A stretch of DNA of 64,000 nt, taken from the NCBI GenBank assembly GCA_012295275.1, contig CM022673.1:8432001-8496000 (forward strand), given 5' to 3'. The position numbers and the translations under genes are program-made. The notes under the pieces are model-generated. The model made no database searches and was not told the origin of the DNA. It was given only the letters and a program-made list of their open reading frames with translations. This document shows, in pieces, positions 29,317 through 51,498 of the stretch. The stretch comes from Chrysomallon squamiferum (Eukaryota; Animalia; Mollusca). The first letter of the stretch is position 1; each line of letters starts with the position of its first letter.

Positions 29317-30815
29317 ACCTGTATGATGTATCTGTCTACTTATCTATCTATATTATCTGATAACTACGTTTTATTTATATTATCTCGATTTATACCAGTA
29401 TATATTAGTTATTATCTTTCCCAGACTGAAAGATCGCAACCTGCTTCAAAAAAGGGCCAATTAGGCTGACATTAATATGCACAAACAGTTCTATAAACAG
29501 ATTTTCTGAAGCTTGTGTGTAGTAACAATAAATAAAACGAATGCTAATAGACATTTAAACTAATTAAATGATCAAGAGTAAAAAAGATTCATAACGCTGA
29601 ATTAAAAAAATTAAACAGACAAAACAATAAGAATGATGGTAATATCGACAACCTTAATGTCAGTAGAAGTAAGTATAAGAGAACAAAGGAGAAGAAAAAA
29701 AGAGGAAAAACAGATAAAAGAAAATTAACAATATTAATAAAGCATGCAGTACTAGTAAGAAGAATAACGATGATGATGATGATGACGATGACGATGACGT
29801 TGATAATGATGATAGTGATGATGATGATGATGATGATGGTACTTATAATAGTGATAACATAAATTTGAATCACTTTTGTCAACCAGTATAGATTCTATTA
29901 CGTTGTTTTCTTCTCGCAAACTTTCTCGAATATCGGCCTCTTATTGACGTGCTGCTGCTTCCTTGTGTGTTTGCTTCTTACAAATTTATTACTTTCATTC
30001 CGTAAAAGTTCAAAAACGTGTGAACTCTGACATATTCCAAGACTGGACAGCCCAGTCTCACGGCTGCTTGGATGTATGAGTCATATCTGTCTGTCACTGC
30101 AGAAAAAGATATTCCTCCCGGTCATCGATTTCTGACTTCTCCGACAACTGTTTGTGTATGACCAAACACTGTGAGCTTCTATTACATATAAACACTTATC
30201 GGTGATAAATGCCCGGCTGGAGCTTCTATCGACCCAGACAGTGGCGTTGTTAAGATGTACGTGCGATTTCAGACAACCTTGAGGAAAAGTCGTTTTCAAA
30301 AACTCCGATTGCTTGTAAAAATATTATAAAGAGTCTGCTTTTCAAAACTCCGAAAAACTTCGAAATGTCTGGGCACACAAAATGCCAGCAAATGTATGAC
30401 AATTTTTATTTTTATTTTTTTTTATTTATTTATTTTTTATTTTTTTACAACCGCTAAAATGATAAGGATTTTTAATACTAGCAGCACGTTATTACGTCGA
30501 TAAGCATTTTCAAATACCTAGCCCATATACGTTACTAATTAAAATCAGACGAAAATAGTTAAATAATCAGTTCTTCGATCCACTACGGTTCTTGGTCTAC
30601 TTCTCCTGATCGTTGCATTGTTAAATCAATCTAATATTGGCTCACGGTCTATCGAAAGTACAAGGCGTTTTAACGAACTTAATTCATGTAGGTTTAAGCA
30701 CTGTAACCGCAAGCAAAGAGCACAATTTGTTCACAAATTATTTATTTCTTGTGTTCTGCTGACTGAAATCATTTTATAGATTAGGTGCTTCTGTTATAAA
30801 CAAAAATTATTATTA

Positions 30816-30873
<58 letters not shown>

Positions 30874-33800
30874 TTATTATATCTTTAACAGTTTGCAATG
30901 TATTCGTTGTTTTATCGACGACAAACGCAGTTTCTTTTTTGTTTCAATCATTAAATTTTTTATACATATTTTTTGGTTTGTTTTGTTTATTTTGTTGCCA
31001 TAATGTCTGTAAGTTACCTCACGTTAAGTTCATTAACGTTTTGGATAACAAATGCAGAGGGCCAGAGTTCGATTCTCCCTTGGTTTCTTATATTTTAGAT
31101 TTAGGTTGATCCCACATGAGCAAGATACCTCAAGAGCTGATTACTTTTTACAAAAAAAAATACATTCTGCACTTAATTCTGGCCTCCTGGCAAGATACGC
31201 ATGACTGACTTCATTGCTTTGGGCCAACACCAGACGTACCCGGGAGGTAAGGGTTATTCGAAAAAGCGTGTTAAAGAGTCATTTACTGAATAAATTCTTA
31301 TTCTGTTTTAAATACTTAGCTGTAAATTTAATTAGGTTTTACTTAGGAGATATGTCAGTCTGTTTACACGATTTCCCAACTAACTACGTTAACCGAACCT
31401 GACACCACCAACAAGTACGGTTTGACTATGAGGTCTTGTCCAGTAAACTTGTTTGAAGATGCCCTGCTTGGAAAATTATACAGAAAAATTCTCTTTACAT
31501 TTATCAGTGATCGAAAAGATTAAAATAAATAACGATGCGATCAAAATCAATTTATACAGTGATTTATTGTGTTATCGATAATATCGCTATCTCGCGTATT
31601 TTCGTCAGTAACCTAAGATCGTGCCAATCACGCATTATTTTGGTTGGCAACACATGCAAAATTACTATTAGCTGACAACAATAGTTCGCCGAGTTCCGCT
31701 TGGAGAAATATTTTTAAACAAAATATACAACAACACGTCTTTAACAAGAGTACTTTGTATCACTTGAACCGCGAAAATTGTTTTTAATCTTCCCGCGTAG
31801 ATGTCGTCAGTTTGAACGCAAAAGAAAATGTTCTTGATGGCTAGCACTGCTGGGGATATTTTTCATAGTGTGGGCAAAAACTGGTGCGAGACCAGGAATG
31901 TCACTATGTTCGTGCGCACGTAACCCACAGAGAAAGACAGTGTAGTGTTTGTATTTAAATATACGATTGCGTGACAGACGCACACTAATTGTCTTTCCAT
32001 CAGTTACGGGTGGCTAACTGTAAATACATCAAAGACTAAGTACGCGTCAAGCAAAAACAACCATGCAGACGCTGTTTCGTTTGTTTGTTGTTGTTTTTCG
32101 TTTTGGCTGAATGAAAAAAACTATCATATCTGTTTGTGTGTGTGTGTGTGTGTATAAATGTAACCATTTTCGACCAGTTCAGATTTCTCCTAGTTCTATT
32201 TCAGCCGACCGAACAGAAGAATCAACAAAGGTGGAAAATAAGTAACTACAAAAACAGGAGGACGCTTTTGAAAAAGGAGAGAAAAAAAAAAAAAAAAAAA
32301 AAAAAAAAAACGTACACCGGAATATTCATCCGAACATCTTCACTGGTTTTTGGAAAATATCCGAGCTGTTTCGTTATTGCTGATCTAATTGTGAAATAAA
32401 ATCTCAACAATATTTTGTAACAGTATAACGTGACAAGGAAAAGCTATACGTCGAGTGTGAAACTGAGACAAGTATTTGACGAAGATCAAAAAGAAAATTT
32501 TTATTTGTTTATGTCGAGTGAAAATTAACCTCACAGTTAAAATGTATAGTTGGAAGCAAACAAAAACGAAAAAAAAAAAAAGAGATTAAAATAGAAAAGA
32601 AAAATAACTCAGAAGGCGTTGAAGAAGAAAAATTTAAAAAAATAAAAAGGAATAAAAAAAAAAAAAAAAAAACCCAGATGAAGTGTCTTTTAAAACTTCA
32701 TATAATTAAGATTGCAATCTTAAACTTTTAAGGTATCATCAGTACGAATATCATAACAACTTAACCGTATGTGCTAATTTTCAAACTTTTATATTTTATT
32801 GTTTGTATCGTATGAAAATTATCAACAGCTGTAATGTTCCTGTGATCAAAGCGTATAAAGCAGACTAATTATTCTGTACAACGATAACCTTACAACCTCG
32901 CATGAATTAATTTTCCCTTTTTTTTTTTTTAACGTGCCTTGTAGAGCAGTACGAACAAACCAGTGTGAAATAGTGGATACAACTCTGCCAGTGATTTTCT
33001 GGCTGGTAAATGAGGGTATTGCGCATAACATGCTGATAATGATGATATTTCTAATGCAAAGAGTAATGCTGAGTAATACGATCTAAACAGAGAAGAGATT
33101 GGGACTTTCTCAAAGATGAAATTATGTACTGTGTGTTGTTGCTAAAGCTGCTGCTGTCGTTGCTTTCGTTAATAGAATGATACTCAGTTCTGCCATTACT
33201 ACTCATATGTATTACTTGTGCTGTTATAGCTGTTATTATTACAGTTACTATCATTTTTGATGTTAGGAGTAGTAGCTGTCATTACAATGTTAGTATAGCT
33301 GGAGTATTAATATTAGTAGCACCTTATACTTGAATTACAATTACAATGTACTTCAGTTTATCATTATTACCATCATCATCATTGTCGTCATCATCATCAT
33401 CATCGTTATTATTATTATTATTATTATTGTTATTATAAACATAGCATTTAGCTACCTTTAACGATTACAGCAACCAACAAATTCACTGTATGTAATTATA
33501 CACGAAATATTACACTCTGTTTTCCCGTTTTAGAAATCCACTTTAAAAACAACATTCTTGTACATAAGGCTACCCCCAAAATGTAGTTCATACTTTATTT
33601 ACTTTAAAGGCTTCTACTCACTGAAGCAAAGATCAGCGTTTTGATTACTTCAACAATTTCATTTACATCTGATTTTACCCGGCGACTGAATACAATGGGA
33701 TGTATCTGAAAATAACGATGCTATAATCCACGCCTCAATGTGAGGATTTCGACGACATTGTTACGATACATCTCTGCGAAGAACGTTAGGCCGCGGCTTC

Positions 33801-34887
33801 GGCGTATATTCAGGGGTGAGTAACTCTATTTAGTTCCGTTGACAGTTTTATGGGTTGTCTTAAAGACGTCGGTTTAGTGAAGGGATTTTCTAGAGTGGTG
33901 TTTAAACGTTTGATCATTCGTCGTAAAGTTTATACTTTTTTAACTCTAAATTTATTTATTAATATATATTTTTTTCCTCTTTTTTTATTTTTTTTATTTT
34001 TGTTCTATTAAACAAAAACTGCTTTAAAATAAACGTATTTTATTTACAACCTCCCAGATATTATTATTTCACCTTTATCTTTTAATTTTTTTTTTTTTTT
34101 TTATCATAAAGAAAAAGTACCTGCATATCAAGTTCATCAACCTTACTTACCTAATATAATCTTTTTAAATAACATCTATTTATAGCTGACGTCTGTTTAT
34201 AAATAAAACTGGGTCGACAAAGTGCAAATCTGCAACATGTCTACCAGCAGTCAGTCAAACGTTTTTAAATTTGTTTCCAAATATTAACATGAGTTTTGCA
34301 GCCACCTACGATGTTAACTGTTATCTTCAGTCAAAGAATTTAGCTGATGGGTTCATCGTCCGGTGAGGAGTATATATTAATAATATATACATCCATAAAA
34401 CAGAACACATATGCGATATGTAACTTCAGTTATTTTAAATATGAGTATGTAATCATAAACGAGAGAAATAAGTACAAATGTAATAACAGTTTCAGCTTTC
34501 AGGCTAATTTTTGAAATTAATAACAGGTGAGATAATTCTTATTCTTATTACGTTTTTGATTTAAGCAGTAAACGGCTTTAAAGTTAACCAGAATAATAAT
34601 TTTAAAATAAAAAAATAAATAAATAATAATGATAATAATAATAATAATAAATTAAATAAATAAATAAAAAATACAAACAAAAATAACAAGCATTACAAGA
34701 ATAATATAAAAAAACAAACAATAATAATAAATTGCATGCTATAAAGTTAAACTCATAAAATTTACAATAAAATAGTGAGAGCTTTAATTTCTTCAAATTT
34801 GCAAATAAGTGTCGAAAAAAAAAAAAAAAGGCTGATCTTTTACAATTCACATTTAACGTTAACGATTAAACGTTTTAAAATTTACAA

Positions 34888-34927
<40 letters not shown>

Positions 34928-36299
34928 CTTTATCACAGCTGAAATATTAAGCTATGGGTCAATTGTTTTTAAATTTGTAATGGGTTGCATTTTAGTTCGA
35001 ATAACTTGAATACAGACAGGTTGAGACACGTCTTCGTTTTGTGCCATTAGCATGGTTTACTGGTAAATTTGTTTTACATGATTACAAACCGTATGCGATT
35101 TGATTCAGATAGTTCTGCCAAAGACAGAAAAAAAAAAAAACCTGTAGTAGACTTCGACATTGTTAATACACTATAAAGTTATTCTGTAGTTTAAAAAAAA
35201 AAAAAAAATGCAGAATCATTTTTTATCGTTAATGTACTCAGTTGCACTATACAATAACAACAACAAAGCAACCATTAGTGTTATTACTACTACTAGCAGT
35301 ACATCTACTACAACAAATACTCGTTCTGCTGCTGCTGCTGCTGTTGCTGTTGCTGTTATCTCTTAGTTGTTAATGTTTCCAACTGCATTATACAGTAAGA
35401 TCAACAACGACATCAACTATTATTGCTACAACTACGATTATTATTACTACTGTAATATCAATACTGCTACTGCTGCAACTACTATTAGAACTACTGTTAC
35501 TACCGCTATTAGTACTACTACTACTACTACTACTACTAGTACTACTATTATTAGTCCAACAACTACTATTATTATTACCAGCACTAGTACAAGTACTCTA
35601 CTACTACTGCTGCTACTACTGCTATTGTTACTCCTACTATAAATATTACGTAAGCATTTTTAGACTTGTAAAGTAAAACAAAACAAATGCAAAATAAAAT
35701 AAAAATATGATATGGTTTATCTGGTTCGGGATGGTTTCGTTAGAGTAACCGAATCGTCCAGTGTTGTAATTACGCGTTTAAATGTATACGCCAGTGTTTT
35801 CTGACTTTTAATATAAAACTTTTTCATTTTTTTTTCCCATCGATAGATGATAACGTCTACTGTGGGTCACAGAAAGGGAAAACGTCGCAAATATTTCGTG
35901 CGAAGTTAAAACACTGATACTGTTTATCCCGTTTTGAATAGTCTCATTAGGGTAACTATATAAGTCCTTTTTTGTTTTATAGTTAGAAAGGAGATACGTA
36001 CGTACAAACGCCAAAACAGACGCTCAGACACATTGTTTTTTGTATTTGTTTTTTTCAATAAATATTCGATTCAGTTTTTTTATTTATTTATTTTTTATTT
36101 TTTTTTTTATTATATTTTATTTTTTTTTTATCTAATGTCATATTTGTAAGCGTAAATTTAAAATTAAATTCAGTATAAATAACAATTAAAAACAACAACA
36201 ACAACAACGACAGTAATAATAATAATAATAATGATGATACTTATAAAGTTTAGGACGACAACAAGAACAATAAACGAAAACATGAGTAAAAATAATAGC

Positions 36300-36583
36300 A
36301 GTACTAGTATAGCAGTAGTCGTAGTAATAGTAATAATAGCAAAGAAAATAGTAGTATCAGTATTAGAAACATTGTAGTAGTAGTATTAGAAATTGTAGTA
36401 GTAATAACATCAGTAATAATCTTAGAAGTAGTTGTAATAATAACAGTACTTGTAGTAGTAGTAATGGCAACAGACATAGTGGTAGTAGTAGTAGTAGTAG
36501 TAGTGGTAGTAGTAGTAGTTCCATCAGCAGTAGCATTAGAAGTAGTTGTAACAGGAACAATAACAGTAGGAGTAGTAGCAGTT

Positions 36584-36625
<42 letters not shown>

Positions 36626-36860
36626 ATGGTAGTAATAATGGTAATAGTATTAGTTGTAGTAACAGTACTAGCAGTGGTAGCAGTAGAAGTAGTAGTACTA
36701 GTAGTTGTTGTTGCAGTACGCCTTAATTCCACTAGTGATAATCGTTGTTGTAATAATAATAATATCGGTAACACTAGTAGTATCATTTATAGTAATTGCT
36801 GTTGATAATGTAGTGTTAATTGTAGTAGTAATAACAGTTGTAATAAAAGTAGTAGTAGAT
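36300..36860. repeat. Degenerate (AGT)n low-complexity tract
   Basis: Visible directly; source of the Thr/Val-rich ORFs. Confidence 0.9.
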
Positions 36861-37402
36861 GCTATTGTTGTATAGTATATCTGGAAACTTTAAAGTCATA
36901 ATGGAAAAAACAAATAATAAATAAATAAAATTAAAAATTACAACTAACTTTAGATTATTAGTCAACGATCGAATGAACGACGTAATAAATAAATTACTAC
37001 CTATATTTTATGTACTTAATATCTGCCAGTCGCTAATTTCTCTGTTTAGAAATTTAAAAAAAAAAAAAAAAAAAAAAAATAATAATAATAATGATGATAT
37101 TAATAATAATAATTCATAAACATGGGGACAGCGATGTTGAACTATCCGACTAACATTTACCAAAAGTAAATGAACAGAAGAAGACAGAGACGATAATGTT
37201 TAAGTAAGCGTTAGTTAATATGGTTCCGTCAGGCCGAGCATATAATGCACATTCTATACATATCTCTCTGTATATACAGACAGATGAAATGACACACGGG
37301 ACATTTTTAAATAATAATATACACAATACACACCACTTAAAACTATATATATATGTATATATATATATATATAATGCACAGACAACAATAATAATAATAA
37401 CA

Positions 37403-37435
<33 letters not shown>

Positions 37436-37452
37436 TAAAAGTAAATACTTAC

Positions 37453-37463
37453 AATTACTCTTC

Positions 37464-37500
<37 letters not shown>

Positions 37501-37700
37501 CGCTGTTCTTCTCAAATGGACGATTCTCTTGAAGGGATTTATTCGCCAAGTCTCAAATATGAAACGATCGTGTTGTTGTACTCGAACTGTAAACTTGAGT
37601 CAGGTTGCTCAGTTTTACATGAAAACGCTACGAAGCGGGGAGCCTGGCCGGCCGCTAAAGTTGGATGGGTCAATTGGTTGTATGAGAGGCGTACACTGTA
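37453..37700 (-). promoter_or_regulatory. Candidate promoter and non-coding first exon on the minus strand
   Basis: CCAAT box (37673-37677, minus), GC-rich block 37635-37655, then a purine-rich leader ending at a GTAAGT donor (37452-37447). Confidence 0.4.
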
Positions 37701-37810
37701 TCAAATGTACATAAAGAAATGATGACGACACGTTTTAACAAACAATCACAGAACCGCCGGCTTTGTACAGACAATCGTTGTAAAGTCCAAGTTGTTAGAA
37801 GACGAAGAAG

Positions 37811-37893
<83 letters not shown>

Positions 37894-38211
37894 GAAAAAA
37901 AAAAACGAAAGAATAAAAAAAAAAAAAAGAAAGAACAGGCAGAATATATATATGTATAAATTATGTGACAAGATTATGTGCATTGTATATTACGCTGAAA
38001 TCTAATTTTCGGCATGCTTCAGTGGTTTTTTTCTCATTTTGTTTTATGTGGTGTGGGAGGTGTCTGAGAGAGATAATGGTTTGTTAGTTCACTTAGCGCG
38101 ATCGCTTTATATCAGTGTCTTGACTTCTTTTTTTTTTTTTTTTCTTTTTTTCTTTTTTATATTGCTGTGTTTTTGTTTCGTTTTTTTCTTTTATCCTTTA
38201 TATTCTGTCTG

Positions 38212-38545
<334 letters not shown>

Positions 38546-39536
38546 CTTACATAAAAAAAAATTCTCTCCACTAATCTTCAAGTTATACACCACAGCAGCA
38601 ATATCTCAGTTTGTTTTCCATTGTTTGAAAGCTTGTACTACAATTACACGCAGTAATAATTTTAAATCTTTATCTTTTATCTTTGTTTTCTTCTTTATTT
38701 CCATTCCCTGTTAATTGGTCAAACCTAAAGGCGGAATCGAGATAGGAGTGTTAAACTCACTCTCATACATACAACACCCCTCCCTGTTCATTGCTGGCCG
38801 ATGCTTTTTCGGGTCGTGTCTTATTCGAATAATGAAAAATTTCACATATACAAACACATGATCGAAGGGCAAAGTTCTAAGGGCAAACAGAAAACTCTTT
38901 TTTTTTTTTTTTTTTTTTTATGACCAAATTTTTTTTCTTTAATATTTAAAATGTTTATCAAGAATCTCCATGAACTAGAACAGCAGAGTCTCCCCTTAAT
39001 TAGAAATTCGGGATCCGACCCCGGCTTATCCATGATTTTTACAGAGCTGTCGGAAAAGCTGACTTTTATAACCCGGTGTATCTCGTTTTATAAGCAAATA
39101 TTTATTTTTAGGCATTATTTCTTAAACTGATAATATTTCTCTTTCAAATTTATTTATGTTATCTGTCCTGTTTTGTTTCGAAACACAATTATTTTGATAA
39201 ATCTTGGATTCTAAACGTCCATTTTTTTGTAGAATTACGTTTTTAGGGCATTTTCTTTGTCTTTGCACCGACATTTTCCACGTTTAGTTGATTTTGAGAC
39301 AGTCACAGATATCTTGGTGACCTGTCTGAAGTGCAAAACGCATCGAGATTTGTGGTATGAGTGCATTCTGAGACCACTGTTTATACAAATAATGATATTA
39401 TAAAAATATTTCGAGTCTGAAAGTATTAATTAAAAATATGTTAATCAAATATTAAAATAATATATTCTCTGTCTTCGTGTTTCTCGTGACTCTCATTAAC
39501 AGACGAATACTTTTTTAAAGTACGAGAATATTTATC

Positions 39537-39590
<54 letters not shown>

Positions 39591-39601
39591 ACAAAAACAC
39601 A

Positions 39602-39717
<116 letters not shown>

Positions 39718-39998
39718 GTTTCACTCACATTCTCTATTTTAATGCCTCTCATTTCGTCTGCCTCTCTGGAACACTGCCAAAACGTGTGTCTGTGCTTACT
39801 CATTCTGGTGTATGTTTCTATGTACTACTGACTTTTGTGTCTGCATGTTTATTTATCTGTCTGTGTACTAACCATCTCTCTGCCATTCTGTGTAAAAACT
39901 AATAATAGCCGAGGCAGTCGTCAGGCTCAAACTGTCCCAGCCTGTCACGCATACTGTTTATCAAAGGCTTGGAATGTAAAATAAAAAAATTATTATTT

Positions 39999-40037
<39 letters not shown>

Positions 40038-40732
40038 AAAAAATTAAAAAAAAAAAAAAATTTAAAATTAAAGAAAGAAAGAAAGAAAGAAAGAAAGAGA
40101 AAAAAAAGAAAAAAGAAAAAGAAAAGAAAGGCATTACAGCATGTTAAAAGAAATACGATTAAGATGAATGTGTACGATTAATTCAGTAACCGCTGATTTA
40201 ATATGTCCCCTGTACACCGCGGGTGATGTATCAAATGGCGTATTTGTTTATTCACATCCACACACAATAATGCTGAACAAAATAATATTATTTACACATA
40301 ATTATACTTAACGTAAAAATAAACTGAACAAGCAGTTATTTATTTTCAATTTCTAACAACACAAATTGTTTAATTTATTATTTATTTATTGTTTATTAAA
40401 ATTTCATTTTATTTCACTTATTAACTTTATATTCTTAATCATTATTATTATCATCATCATCATCATCATAGCTATTCATTTGCTCATTCATTTGTTTATT
40501 TATCCATTCGTTTGCTCATTCATTTGTTTATTTATCCATTCGTTTGCTTATTTCTTAATCATTTAAAACATCGGCTAAAACATTTTATAAGCATAAACAA
40601 ATTACATTAAAGACTGAGTCACCGGTTTTTAAAAACTTTAAGGCTTTAAAATAAATCTTTACAGATCATGTGACTTCAACAGGAACACGGAAGTCTTTCG
40701 ATCGAGTGTTTGGAGAAACGTCTTCTATCACC

Positions 40733-47713
<6,981 letters not shown>

Positions 47714-47866
47714 CTCCCTTTAGACCAGATTTTGTTATTTTATTTTTATTTTTATTTTTGATTTGATTTGGTTTGATTTTTTTTTTTTTTATTATTATTA
47801 TTTTTTTTTTTTTTAAATATATAAATGCTACTTATTATTTTCTTTTAAATTTAATATTCCTGTTGA

Positions 47867-47942
<76 letters not shown>

Positions 47943-48795
47943 AAACGTAAGTAATAATTATGAGAGAGAACAAGTATTTTTAATGTTTATTTTCAAAAGA
48001 CAACATATTTAAAAAAAGTACAGTAACAAATGAAAAATAATAAAACATACACTAGCATATACATAAACAGTTTTTAGTACTTTTATAAGAAATACAATTC
48101 CTGAACTAAACACATTCATGCACACACTCAAACCTGCACGTACACAAAAACATCTTTTTGTGAAAAAGACTTGCTTATTGCGTATTCTAGAGAAAATATG
48201 TTATATGTTACACTATGAACATAATCCAGTTACTTCATCGTATTGGTATGAAAAGAAGTTATAATACGATGCTGCTGATACCAAAATAATTTTCCTTTGC
48301 TCTTTCTATATCTCATTCCATTTATTTTACTTATTTTATACTTTATTTACTTTTATATTTATTCATTTTTGAATAGATAGATAGATAGACAGACAGATAG
48401 ATAGATAGATAGATAATTTTTGTCTTAATTTGTTCTCTTTAATTTTTTTAATTTAAATTTTTTTTTATTGGTGATTATTATTATTAGTATTAGTATTAGT
48501 ATTAGTATTACTATTATTATAACAAATTATTGTTTAAGTTTTAATTTTCGACATATTTTTATTTTTGTGAACATTAACATTTATGACAAATAAAGTGGTT
48601 GTGTAACTTTGATCTGATACATATAAAAATGTTTTCTTTACATTGTTGCTTTATAATGCTGTCTGTTTATTATTTTACTAATTAGAATAGTCATAAATAT
48701 ACATTTCTTTTTCTGCACACCAGAACTTTATATCATGAAAAAGATTAGACAAAACAATCGAGTGATTTACAGACTTACAGTCGCGCGCAAGTATA

Positions 48796-48836
<41 letters not shown>

Positions 48837-49007
48837 AAAAATAATCATATTTATAAAAAGTCCTGTACATTCAGGTACACAAGTATAAACATTTCACTGA
48901 ATTAAGTAGAAAACAACATGTTATATGATGCCCTAGTCAGGTAACATTGTCGTAGGAGTGGTGACTTCGTATACATGATACACATCCATAGCGTAGATTA
49001 CCAGTAT

Positions 49008-49096
49008 TTATATTTCTTTGGTTTCATGTTCATCTGAAAACATAATCACACAAAGATTTCAGAAACAAGAGAAAGATAGCGAAAGACAATCTCAAA

Positions 49097-49139
<43 letters not shown>

Positions 49140-50153
49140 TATTACGAGGAGATACAATAACTAACTTAAAGTGAGTGTTATGATATTGTTCTTGCGTACA
49201 AACTGAAAATTATTCCATTTTTAATTCTTTAGACAAGAGATTTTAGATGCTGAAATTAATGAAAGGAAAAAAAATAAGATCAATCAACAAAACACAGCTG
49301 TGTCTAACCAACTAATTTAAGTGCCCTCGCTTCCGGTAATTATCAAAAACCGTTATTTACCGTTATCTCCCAACATTACGTTTTTCTCTTCAAGTTTTTC
49401 GTCTTGTTTGTCTGGCCAATGGAGTTCGATACAAAACCTGTATATGAAAGCTCCAAGAATTGCACCAATGTGTGGTCCTAAAACTGGTACCCAAAACCAG
49501 TTGAAATTACGATATCTAAAAAGTAATCATTGTACGATGTTGGGAAAAATGAATTGGTATCCATGATTCTTTTATAGCGGTTGTGTTGAAATTACCCACA
49601 GCCTAACTGTAACAACTGCCTTACACAAGAACTAGGAGAAATCGAAGGTTTTTTTGGTGTGTTTTTTTGGTACGTTGTTATTGTTGTTTAATCTAAATAA
49701 TGTGCTTTTTATTTTTACTTTAATCATGGTTGCATTTCATAATTCTTTCGGCTCTTTAAGGTAAGAAGTATTTCATCTAAATTGTATTTGTTTTTCACAA
49801 GAATGTATTTCAGTTTCAAAATGAGGCATCAACGTATATGTTTACAAGACAACGAAGGCTGACCAGCCAAATAAAAAATAATAATAATAATAAATTAAAT
49901 AAAATAAAATAAAAATTAATAAACAGATACGTACGAAATAACTTCATAACCCCATCCAGCCATCAGCGTGAAGATTCGTGGAGAGAGGTCACGTGCTGGG
50001 TTGATTGCGTAACCGCAGTTGTGACCAAAAGCCATGCCTATTCCGAATACAATGAGTCCAATCGGAAACGGAGAAAGAGAGGAATTCGGCGCCATGTTTT
50101 TCTTGTCGGTGATCGCCAGAATGCAAATTAAAAGAAGTGCCGTAGACAAGATC

Positions 50154-50189
<36 letters not shown>

Positions 50190-50202
50190 TAATAATAATA
50201 AT

Positions 50203-50249
<47 letters not shown>

Positions 50250-50862
50250 GAATATAAATACGTAATGATATTGTTTTAATAACCTACTTATCTCTAAATA
50301 TGAGTAACTCTTTTTAAATAAAAAATGATAAACTTGAAATCGGATTTAGTACATATTCTCAAAAAATATTTTAATTATTTAAAATGTATACGTCAAGCAA
50401 TACACAACAGCTTAAATGCATTGCCTACACTTTTATCTTACTGTTGCATTTGAGTGACTGGCGGCCCGGCCCAACTCTGCTAATCAAAGAGAACGACGGT
50501 AAAATACTCCCGTCTCGAAATTTGTTTTAAATCAAGATTTTATAACAGGTAAAACTACCTGGTCACCGAATCCGTTCCAGGTGGAAACCTCTGGGCGAGG
50601 ATAGGTGCCCCAGATGCCAGCAGTTGCCGTACCCCCAACCACACGGCGCTCCCCGCCATCAAATGCATTCAAGGCGTCTGAATAAACGTGAAATAAATTA
50701 TTTCAAAAATTAGCATAACTGAAAATTGATTAACAATAAATAACTATTGCTACTATTTTAGTGGGGTTTTTTTTTTTTAAATTTAAAAAAAAAAGTTAAT
50801 AAATAAATAAATACAGTTAGCTGAAGATAAATGCTACCGATACCTTATTTATCTCTCTGTTT

Positions 50863-50910
<48 letters not shown>

Positions 50911-51462
50911 TGAAACAGTGATAATCTATCACCTACATATCTAATAATATATACCTATATACACAAGATAAATACAAAGGGAAGCCAGGAAGCTTCCAAA
51001 ATACTGAGCACAGATGTAGATTGACGTCTTAACATAATCTATTCGACCAAGGAAAGCTTGAGCAACCGTCACTGCAGGATTTATATGTCCCCCTGAAAAA
51101 CAAACACAATAGTGTTAAATGTTTATTTTTGTTTTAAGTAGGACAGTCACCAACTACTACAACATCAACAGCCACAACAACAAAGTATACTACTATTACA
51201 ATCGATACTGCTAATAGTAGTACTACTGATAACACTACAACCACTAGGACTACTACTGAAATAACTATCACAACCATCACCTCCACCATTGGTACTATTA
51301 CTACTACATCTACTACTACTACTACTACTACAAACTAATAATAATAATAATAATAATAGTGATGATGATGATGATGATGATTATGTTAATATTAACAAGA
51401 AGTAGACGAAGAAGAAGAAGAAAGAAGAAGAATATCACCACCAATACTTCTGTAATAATGAC

Positions 51463-51498
<36 letters not shown>

